From the NCBI RefSeq assembly GCF_003044035.1, contig NZ_NVQC01000016.1:30001-62000 (forward strand): a stretch of DNA of 32,000 nt, read 5' to 3'. The position numbers and the translations under genes were made by a program. The stretch comes from Candidatus Methylomirabilis limnetica (lineage in GTDB: Bacteria > Methylomirabilota > Methylomirabilia > Methylomirabilales > Methylomirabilaceae). Below are positions 16,021 through 22,374 of the stretch, piece after piece; positions within the stretch are counted from its first letter, which is position 1, and each line of letters starts with the position of its first letter. Under the pieces are notes generated by a model, which saw nothing but the letters and a program-made list of their open reading frames with translations, was not told the origin of the DNA and searched no databases.

Positions 16021-16226
16021 CCAGCGCACGGAATCAGTCCTGCGGGCGAATGATCCGCCATCTGCCGGCCGGCTCCACCTACCGGGTGACGATCGACTAC
16101 GGCGTCCTGATCGCGGCGACAGTCACCCGGTAGTCGTGGGAGCAGCTTGGCCTGCAGGACGGGGCCGAAGTTGTTGCCGCATTCAAGGCCACCGCTCCCC
16201 ATGTCATTCGCTAGGACCTTCCTACC

Positions 16227-16286
16227 TTGACGCTCATCTTTATTGGTATTACTATATACGTAATGCCGTAGTACGTAGATTGTATA
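16227..16286 (+). promoter_or_regulatory. Candidate sigma70 promoter and palindromic operator of the toxin-antitoxin operon
   Basis: TTGACG (16227-16232), 17-nt spacer, TACTAT (16250-16255). An imperfect palindrome follows immediately: TATACGTA-atgccgtag-TACGTA-gatt-GTATA, with TACGTA at 16257 and 16272. GAAGGAG lies before the ATG at 16314. Confidence 0.5.
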
Positions 16287-16313
16287 CCTTATGAAATCGA
16301 GAAGGAGCCTCCC

Positions 16314-16550
16314 ATGGACACAAGCCGGATGACCGTAAAAGGACAGGTCACGATCCCTAAGCCCATCCGTAACCGCCTTGGACTCCATCCGGGCGATGCG
16401 GTGGAGTTTGAAGAAGAGCCTGGCGGGATTCGCCTCAAGAAGTTCGTGAGCCGATCCCCCTTCGCGCGTTACCGAGGGTATCTGACCCACCTCGCAGGCC
16501 AGGACCCCGATAGTCTGCTTGAGGCGCTCCGGGGGAAGGCAGAGGCGTGA
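16314..16550 (+). CDS. AbrB/MazE/SpoVT-family antitoxin
   Basis: 78 aa. MTVKGQVTIPKPIRNRLGLHPGDAVEFEEEPGGIRLKK is the swapped-hairpin AbrB-type DNA-binding signature. Its stop overlaps the toxin start (GTGA). Confidence 0.85.
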   Translation: MDTSRMTVKGQVTIPKPIRNRLGLHPGDAVEFEEEPGGIRLKKFVSRSPFARYRGYLTHLAGQDPDSLLEALRGKAEA

Positions 16551-17035
16551 TCACAGCGATCGATACCAACATCTTGCTCGATCTCCTCATTCCAGATACG
16601 CGGTTTGGCGAGGTCTCGCAGCGGGCGCTCGATAGTAGTCTTCAAGCCGGACGTCTAGTGATCAGTGACATGGTCTACGCCGAACTGGCGGTCCACTTCT
16701 CATCCCATCACGAGCTCGATAGGTTTCTCGCGGACACAGGGATTGATGTTGTTCCCTACTCACCGGCGGCGCTGGTGCTGGCGGGCCAAACATGGGCACA
16801 GTATCGCCGTCAGCGAGACGATACCCTGTGTTGTCCGCAGTGCGGGCATATCCAACAAGTGAACTGCGGGTCATGTGGAGCATCGCTCCGGGGGCGGCAA
16901 CGTCTCCTCAGCGATTTTCTTATTGGGGCGCACGCGCTCAGTCACGCCGATCGTCTCATGACCCGTGATCGGGGCTATTACAGGACCTACTTTCCTGAAC
17001 TATCTCTCCTGGATCCTGCGAAGGAGGGTACCTAA
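16547..17035 (+). CDS. vapC: PIN-domain toxin (VapC family) with an inserted CxxC...CxxC zinc-ribbon-like segment
   Basis: 162 aa. ITAIDTNILLDLL (first acidic residue), VYAEL, and a C-terminal DFLIGAHAL...LMTRD are PIN signatures. TLCCPQCGHIQQVNCGSCGASL is inserted before the last conserved block. GTG start. Confidence 0.8.
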   Translation: MITAIDTNILLDLLIPDTRFGEVSQRALDSSLQAGRLVISDMVYAELAVHFSSHHELDRFLADTGIDVVPYSPAALVLAGQTWAQYRRQRDDTLCCPQCGHIQQVNCGSCGASLRGRQRLLSDFLIGAHALSHADRLMTRDRGYYRTYFPELSLLDPAKEGT

Positions 17036-17094
17036 AAACGCAGATGAGCCGTTTGCAGTCCCGGACTTTCCGACCCGCGAGGGGCTAGAGGAGA

Positions 17095-17423
17095 TCGGCT
17101 GGGCGCAGCAGGCCACGGTCACGCTCGTGTCGCCGAAGGATGGGGACGTCATAGGTTCCCGCATGGTGATCCAGTGGGAGTTCAAGCCGGCGGGGGAGGT
17201 CAACCACATCCATCTCTACCTGGACGGGGCCAACCCGGGGCCACCGTTTGGGACCTCAATGGAACTCACGGGTCTCTCGAACGGGCCGCACACCGTCAGG
17301 ATCATCGCGGCGAATACGCGCCACCAAGAGGTCGGACCTGAGGCCAGCGCGACGGTGACGGTGCAGGGCGCGGCGGCGCCGACCACGCCACTGCCAGCCC
17401 CCAGGCGGAGCCGAGCGTACTAG
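17095..17423 (+). pseudogene. 5'-truncated duplicate of the 15197..15589 gene, lacking the start codon, Shine-Dalgarno sequence and signal peptide
   Basis: Identity to copy 1 begins at the codons for GWAQQATVTL. The only upstream open frame (ORF 16965..17423) starts inside vapC in another frame and encodes no signal peptide. Confidence 0.7.
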
Positions 17424-17708
17424 CGGCGGGGCTCCGAGGGAAGCGGGGACCGGCTGAGCCCTCCGAAGCATGGGCGCCTCGCGACCCTCCTGTTCCTCGG
17501 CTACGCATCTCCTATTGTGCGCTGCCGTCCCCCGCGACACATCGTCGGGACAGGGGGACGCCGCGCGATGCTCGATCCTGCAGGGACGCGCGAACCGGCG
17601 AGTCTGCTGAGCGAGGTCGTATGGCCCACACACTGTACCGACCTCTTCGGTCACACCCCCTCCTGTGGACTCCCCGGATGGCAGATTTGTGGTTGTAATC
17701 TGCACCGC
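17095..17708 (+). repeat. Segmental direct repeat, copy 2 (with ~100 nt extra in the 3' flank)
   Basis: See copy 1. The extra material lies between gctgccgtcc... and ...cctcttcggtcac. Confidence 0.9.
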
Positions 17709-17924
17709 CAATCCCGCCAGTACGGCTCTCAATATGGCTCATTTTTTCCATTGACACCTATACAAGCTGAATGCTACAAGTCGGCTACTCAGTTCTATCC
17801 TTTTTGTCAAGGGAGAGGATGCAGACATGGCGAGTAGCGGGAACCTGCTTCTAGCCGGATCCGGCATCACGCCGAAGGCGAATACCGATATGGCCCTTTG
17901 GGGTATCATGAGCCCTGAAGGGCC

Positions 17925-18119
17925 GTGCTGCTTTCAGGAGACCTCCGCTCTCTGCTTCCCGATCGCATGGCGACAATGAAGACGGTCCGTGAAGATGGCT
18001 ATGACATCCGGACCGTCCAGGAGTTGCGTGGCCACAACGAGGTGAAGACAGCCATGATCTACACCCATGTGCTGAATCGAGGTGGAAAAGTGGTGAGAAG
18101 CCCGATGGACGGATTGTGA
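17925..18119 (+). pseudogene. intI: C-terminal remnant of an integron-type tyrosine recombinase (IntI-like)
   Basis: [41 protein letters not shown] matches the [13 protein letters not shown]-x-DV-x-TTMIYTHVL-x-x-GG-x-GV-x-SPLD C-terminus of integron integrases and retains the catalytic Tyr. Everything N-terminal of it, including the box I Arg and the H-x-x-R motif, is missing or degenerate. Confidence 0.65.
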
Positions 18120-18136
18120 ATAGGGTTGATGATTAT

Positions 18137-18308
18137 TTGGTGTGTTAGGCTGGCAGATCTTGCAGTTTAACCTCCCTTGAGGCACACGGACAGGACGACG
18201 GAAGTACAGGTGATAAAAGGGATTGCGAAAAAGCTGCATCACTGGAGTTGGCGTGTTAGGCTGACCCAACTGGCGTGTTAGGCCGGTCGGCCTAATCAAT
18301 AGTTGGGC
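18137..18308 (+). other. attI-like site: three direct TGG-Y-GTGTTAGGC-Y-G repeats, then an inverted pair and a GTTRRRY core
   Basis: GTTAGGC occurs at 18144-18150, 18255-18261 and 18277-18283. TTAGGCC-ggtc-GGCCTAA forms a perfect hairpin at 18278-18295. GCCTAAT-caata-GTTGGGC (core at 18302-18308) resembles the L/R simple site of attI. ACCCAAC (18264-18270) is complementary to the GTTGGG core, and the outer arms CTGACCC / GGGTCAG (18261-18267 / 18312-18318) also pair. Confidence 0.45.
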
Positions 18309-18426
18309 GTCGGGTCAGGGCGCCGTACGCTTTGGACCCTGTTCTAACCGTCAGTCAAGGATGAGATCCTGCGATGTGGAAGCTCATAGGTGTCGAGGAC
18401 CAGGCGCAACGCGGAGCTGGCTTAGT

Positions 18427-19050
18427 ATGCTGCCCATGAGCCGGGACCCCGCCGCCCCGCTGCCGCCCGAAAGCGCTCAACGGATTTCGCGAGAGGAGAT
18501 GAGCGAGCTGCCCATCCGGAGCTACGAGGGTTCGGTGCGCCTCGTTGCGGCGCCCGCAGACCTCCAGCGCGCGATGCATGACATCTGCCAGGAAAGCGTA
18601 GTCGGCTTTGACATCGAGACACGGCCCGCCTTCAGGCCCGGCGAGAGTTATCTCCCCTCCCTTGTGCAGTTCGCCACGGCAGGCGCGGTGTATCTCATGC
18701 AGGTCCAGCAGCAGGACTATTCCGCCGTGATGCAGGAGATCTTTTCGTCGGAGAAGATCACTAAGGCGGGCGTATCGGTGGCCGACGATCTGCGTAACCT
18801 GAAGAAGTTGTTTGAGTTCGAGGAAAGAGCGGTGGTGGATCTCGGCAAGGTTGCGAAGCGTCACGGCCTGAAGCAGACGGGCGTGCGCAATCTCGCAGGG
18901 ATTTTTCTCGGCACGCGAATCCCCAAGGGCGCGAAGACGACGAACTGGGCTGCGCACCGCCTGACGCCGCAGCAGATCGCCTACGCTGCGACCGATGCCT
19001 GGGCGTGCCGCGAGCTGTATCTCCGCTTCAAGCAGCTGAATTTGGTCTGA
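18427..19050 (+). CDS. DEDDy-type 3'-5' exonuclease domain protein (RNase D / WRN-exo-like); putative cassette 1
   Basis: VVGFDIETRP (ExoI), KAGVSVADDLRNL (ExoII) and YAATDAWACRELY (ExoIII with Tyr). The start is placed at 18427 (MLPMSRD...), giving ~207 aa. The ORF-track start 18361 is possible but gives an Arg/Cys-rich leader. Confidence 0.75.
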   Translation: MLPMSRDPAAPLPPESAQRISREEMSELPIRSYEGSVRLVAAPADLQRAMHDICQESVVGFDIETRPAFRPGESYLPSLVQFATAGAVYLMQVQQQDYSAVMQEIFSSEKITKAGVSVADDLRNLKKLFEFEERAVVDLGKVAKRHGLKQTGVRNLAGIFLGTRIPKGAKTTNWAAHRLTPQQIAYAATDAWACRELYLRFKQLNLV

Positions 19051-19082
19051 CGACCCGAGAACTCGGCGTCAGAGAAGGCGCC

Positions 19083-19161
19083 GCCCAACCATCAGTTACA
19101 CCGGAGCCAGGAAAGCGGCGCTTCGCTTGCTTTCCTGGCCCGGTGAACTGGGTCGTTAGAC
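19083..19161 (+). other. attC-like recombination site (79 bp)
   Basis: R'' is GCCCAAC (19083-19089, fits RYYYAAC). The left arm CAGTTACACCGG pairs with CCGGTGAACTG, leaving one unpaired A. The inner stem CCAGGAAAGC / GCTTTCCTGG is a perfect 10 bp. R' is GTTAGAC (19155-19161, fits GTTRRRY). The site lies exactly between two ORFs. Confidence 0.55.
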
Positions 19162-19188
19162 CGCGGAACGAAACACCGAAACCAAATC

Positions 19189-19911
19189 ATGAATACGGGC
19201 GCTTTCCTTGCCGATCAGCGGCGCTATTTCGTCGGCGCGTACGAGCAATTCTGTGCCTTTGGCGGACCCTGTGTGTACTTCCATCGCGAGTGCATTCGCG
19301 CGGGTGAAGTCGACTTCTTGTCTGACAGACACATCGAGATGCTTTACGCAACGCTCACCGCGTGGGGGATGCACCGGATGGGCGACACCGACACAACCAA
19401 GACGAAGTTGACGAACTGGGGCCCATTCCGGGACTCGCTGCGTGGATGCAGTGAAGAGCTGAGACCGCTGCAGGGGGTCGATCTGCTCAACCTCACAGCG
19501 CACGAGTACTCCGATGCCGTGTCGGCTCTCACGCCCTGCTATCGGAAGCTCAAGCTGTCGGTCTCCGATGCAACTATCGTCGTTAACTCGAAGGCGCTGT
19601 ACCACCTGTTGCCGCGCATGATACCGCCCATCGACCGCCAGTACACGGTCCGGTTCTTCAAGCAGTCGCCCGACACGTGGCGTGATGCCAAAGGCAAGTT
19701 CAGGGCGGTCATGCTGCCCGCTGGCATCGAGGCTCAGTTCCAGATGTTCCACTCGATTTGTCTCGGCGTGAAGGGCTTGGTCGACCACGTAGATCTCGCG
19801 CTGCTCGAGCACGAACTTCGCTCGAACAACGTGACACCACCCAAAGCGATCGACAATGCCATCGTCAACTTCGTCAGAATTACCTCGGGTGGCCGGCTGC
19901 CGGCGGTCTAA
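19189..19911 (+). CDS. Hypothetical protein, 240 aa, no family recognised; putative cassette 2
   Basis: Uninterrupted ORF with host-like G/C-rich third positions; the overlapping minus ORF 19156..19992 looks like a shadow. Its stop codon is embedded in GTCTAAC (19906-19912), the exact complement of the preceding R' box. Confidence 0.55.
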   Translation: MNTGAFLADQRRYFVGAYEQFCAFGGPCVYFHRECIRAGEVDFLSDRHIEMLYATLTAWGMHRMGDTDTTKTKLTNWGPFRDSLRGCSEELRPLQGVDLLNLTAHEYSDAVSALTPCYRKLKLSVSDATIVVNSKALYHLLPRMIPPIDRQYTVRFFKQSPDTWRDAKGKFRAVMLPAGIEAQFQMFHSICLGVKGLVDHVDLALLEHELRSNNVTPPKAIDNAIVNFVRITSGGRLPAV

Positions 19912-19990
19912 CATTGCATGCACCATAGGTAAAATAGGGACAGACACTATTATCGTGACAATTCGTGGTGTTCGGCGGTCATGATCGTGC

Positions 19991-20089
19991 ATGCCACGGA
20001 TTACCCGAATCGTTGCACCCGGCCACCCGTATCATGTGACGCAACGAGGGAATTATCGCCAGACGGTCTTTCGGAACGACAGAGATTCG
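19991..20089 (+). pseudogene. N-terminal stub of a REP-associated/IS200-like Y1 transposase (RayT-like)
   Basis: MPRITRIVAPGHPYHVTQRGNYRQTVFRNDRD matches the P-R-x-P-R-I-x-x-PG-x-P-x-HV-x-QRGN-x-RQ-x-VF start of this family. The rest of the ORF is Arg-rich nonsense lacking the HUH and Tyr motifs. Confidence 0.6.
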
Positions 20090-20229
20090 AATGCGCACGA
20101 TGACAGAGCGGCCACTGCGAAGAGACGGGTTGATCTGGTAGGTGCACAGGAAACTGGTGTTTGGAGGGGCGTGCAGTCTTTGCGGACTAGACGCGGGGAG
20201 AGCGGCGAATCGAGGCGATCTAACTCAGG

Positions 20230-20667
20230 TCAGGCGTCGGAAGACGAGCGTCTCTCGCCGGCAAGCCATTGGCGGAGCCGTGTGAGAATCTCATCGCGGA
20301 TTCGGCGGAACGTCTCCAAGCGGTCCGCATCCGTGCCGGTGGCCTGAGAGGGGTCGCCGAAGCTCCAGTGGATGCGGGTCGTTCCCCCTGGGAACATCGG
20401 GCATCGTTCGTTGGCGCTGTCGCAGACCGTGATCACATAGTCCCATGGCTGGCTGAAGAATACGTCGATGGTTTTGGAGGTATGCCCACTCAAATCGATC
20501 CCGACCTCCTCCATAGCCCGAATCGCCAGGGGGTGGACGCGCGTCGCCTCGGTTCCGGCGCTGGCCACGTCGAAACGCTCTCCGGCCAGGGCCCGGAGGA
20601 AGCCCTCGGCCATCTGGCTCCGCGCTGAGTTGTGCGTGCAAAGAAAAAGCACTCGCGGTCTAGTCAT
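20230..20667 (-). CDS. arsC: Arsenate reductase, thioredoxin-coupled LMW-phosphatase type
   Basis: VLFLCTHNSARSQMAEG (CX5R P-loop) plus the downstream Cys pair in VITVCDSANERCP. The start is placed at 20667 (GAGAGGG lies 5 nt upstream). Confidence 0.88.
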   Translation of the reverse strand: MTRPRVLFLCTHNSARSQMAEGFLRALAGERFDVASAGTEATRVHPLAIRAMEEVGIDLSGHTSKTIDVFFSQPWDYVITVCDSANERCPMFPGGTTRIHWSFGDPSQATGTDADRLETFRRIRDEILTRLRQWLAGERRSSSDA

Positions 20668-20763
20668 GTAGGCCCTCTCAGTGTGGGACACTGACCGCAG
20701 ATCGCTGGAAAGCATCCGGAAGAGATCTAAAGCATAACGAAGCAGAGATCTTGCTGAACATGG

Positions 20764-21873
20764 TCAGGCCCGTCCGCCGATTGGCCGCCGGGGCGGTTCG
20801 ACGACCGGGACCGCTACGGGCTCGGCAAACCAGTGGCGTGTGCGATTGCAAAATGAGCACACCGAGAGCATGACCGGCACCTCGACGAGAACCCCAACCA
20901 CAGTGGCTAATGTCGCGCCAGAGGTGAGGCCAAAGAGCGAGATGGCGGTGGCGACGGCCAGTTCGAAGAAGTTGCTGGCACCGATCAGCGCCCCTGGCGC
21001 GGCGATCGAGTGAGGAACGCGGAGCCACCACGCCAACCCGTACGCCAACCCCGAGTTAAAGTAGACCTGGAGGAGCAGCGGGACCGCAATGAGCACGATG
21101 TGCGATGGCTTGCCCAGGATCACCTCCCCCTGGAATGCGAAGATGATGACGAGGGTAGCCAGGAGAGCCACAATAGTGACCGGCTTGAGCTGCGCGAGAA
21201 AGACTCCCTCTAACCACGCGGGGCCATTGATCCGGAGGAGCGCCGCGCGGGAGGCAGCCCCGGCAGCGAGCGGAATGACAATGTACAGGACCACCGAGTA
21301 CAGCAGCACGTCGTACGGCACCGCGATGTTCGAGACGCCCAGGAGAAAGATCACGATGGGCGCAAAGGCGAAGAGCATGATGAGGTCGTTCAACGCCACC
21401 TGGACCAGTGTGTAGGCTGGGTCGCCGTCAGTCAGATAGCTCCAGACAAAGACCATGGCCGTGCACGGGGCAGCCGCCAGGATGATGGTTCCAGCGAGGT
21501 ACTGATCTCCGAGGGAGGAGCCGATGATCCCGGCAAAGAGGTGTTTGAAGAAGAGCCAGCCGAGGAAGGCCATACTAAAAGGCTTTACCAACCAGTTCAC
21601 GAACAGGACGATCAGGATTCCCTTCGGTCTCCGCCCGACGTCCCTGATGGCAGAGAAGTCGATCCGCAGCATCATCGGGTAGATCATCAGCCAGATCAGG
21701 ACTGCGACAGGAAGGTTGACGTGACTCACCTCCATCCGGCTTAGGGTACCCACCAGTCCGGGGCTGACCTTGCCGATGGCGACGCCCGTCACGATACAGA
21801 GCGCCACCCAGACAGAGAGGTAGCGCTCAAAGACGTTCAGCCGCGTTGCAACTTTGACGTCCTGCTCGCTCAT
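20764..21873 (-). CDS. acr3: Arsenite efflux permease, ACR3 family
   Basis: 369 aa and about 10 TM helices. The N-terminus LNVFERYLSVWVALCIVTGVAIG...VNLPVAVLIWLMIYPMMLRIDF is typical of Acr3/ArsB(ACR3). Confidence 0.88.
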   Translation of the reverse strand: MSEQDVKVATRLNVFERYLSVWVALCIVTGVAIGKVSPGLVGTLSRMEVSHVNLPVAVLIWLMIYPMMLRIDFSAIRDVGRRPKGILIVLFVNWLVKPFSMAFLGWLFFKHLFAGIIGSSLGDQYLAGTIILAAAPCTAMVFVWSYLTDGDPAYTLVQVALNDLIMLFAFAPIVIFLLGVSNIAVPYDVLLYSVVLYIVIPLAAGAASRAALLRINGPAWLEGVFLAQLKPVTIVALLATLVIIFAFQGEVILGKPSHIVLIAVPLLLQVYFNSGLAYGLAWWLRVPHSIAAPGALIGASNFFELAVATAISLFGLTSGATLATVVGVLVEVPVMLSVCSFCNRTRHWFAEPVAVPVVEPPRRPIGGRA

Positions 21874-21928
21874 GCTGTCCTCCCGCTATCCAAATCAAGA
21901 TTCATTGATGAATGGCGCCAAAAAAAAG

Positions 21929-22255
21929 TCAATCACATCGTTTCGATGAAACGCGGAGCCCACGTCCCCTTGGCTTTAGCGAGCCAATAAACCGCTGCAG
22001 ATCCTCGATCGCCTCCAGGCTCAACGAGTAGTACACCCATCGACCCTCCCGCCTGTCCGTCAGAATTCCAGCCTCCTTGAGCGTCTTGAGATGGAAGGAG
22101 AGCAACGACTGGGTTGTCGCCAGCATGTCGGTCAAGTCGCAGACGCACTGCTCGCCGTCACTCAGACGTTCGATGATCTGCAAGCGCGTTTCATCGGAGA
22201 GAGCGTGAAACCAGCGTGCGGCGCGCGTGAGATCTTTCGGCATCAGAGATAGCAT
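21929..22255 (-). CDS. arsR: ArsR/SmtB-family metalloregulator
   Basis: FHALSDETRLQIIERLSDGEQCVCDLTDML...SFHLKTLKEAGIL. This is the winged HTH with the CVC As(III)-binding motif. Confidence 0.88.
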   Translation of the reverse strand: MLSLMPKDLTRAARWFHALSDETRLQIIERLSDGEQCVCDLTDMLATTQSLLSFHLKTLKEAGILTDRREGRWVYYSLSLEAIEDLQRFIGSLKPRGRGLRVSSKRCD

Positions 22256-22261
22256 GGAGCG

Positions 22262-22289
22262 AATATATCAATTTGTATTGATTTGTAAA
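22262..22289 (-). promoter_or_regulatory. Candidate ars promoter with an embedded palindromic operator; arsR possibly leaderless
   Basis: The minus strand reads TTTACA (22289-22284), 16-nt spacer, TATATT (22267-22262), cgctcc, then the ATG at 22255. The spacer contains the perfect palindrome ATCAAT-ttgt-ATTGAT (22267-22282). No Shine-Dalgarno sequence is present. Confidence 0.5.
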
Positions 22290-22374
22290 ACGACTATTTA
22301 CTTCTTGGACGCTCCAGTTGCCAATGCCCTTGGAGATCTGGTCAGCAGCGGGACAATCAGCGGCGTCGCCTGTG

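Noticed and set aside
15746-16490. ORFs 15746..16294 (+) and 15834..16490 (-)
   Set aside because: Both are Arg/Pro/Gly-rich with no motifs. They overlap the V-PPase fragment frame and the antitoxin gene, and are best explained as chance ORFs in GC-rich junk.
15261-17423. Duplicated gene copies considered as a diversity-generating retroelement template/variable repeat pair
   Set aside because: The substitutions between copies are of mixed type (C/T, T/C, G/A, C/A, A/G, AA/CG, T/G), not adenine-specific, and no reverse transcriptase gene is present.
18137-18283. Three GTGTTAGGC-containing direct repeats considered as a mini CRISPR array
   Set aside because: There are only three copies, with irregular spacing (111 and 22 bp). 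The repeats are 13-14 nt rather than 24 nt or more, and there are no cas genes. The GTTRRRY content and the adjacent intI remnant fit an attI-like site better.
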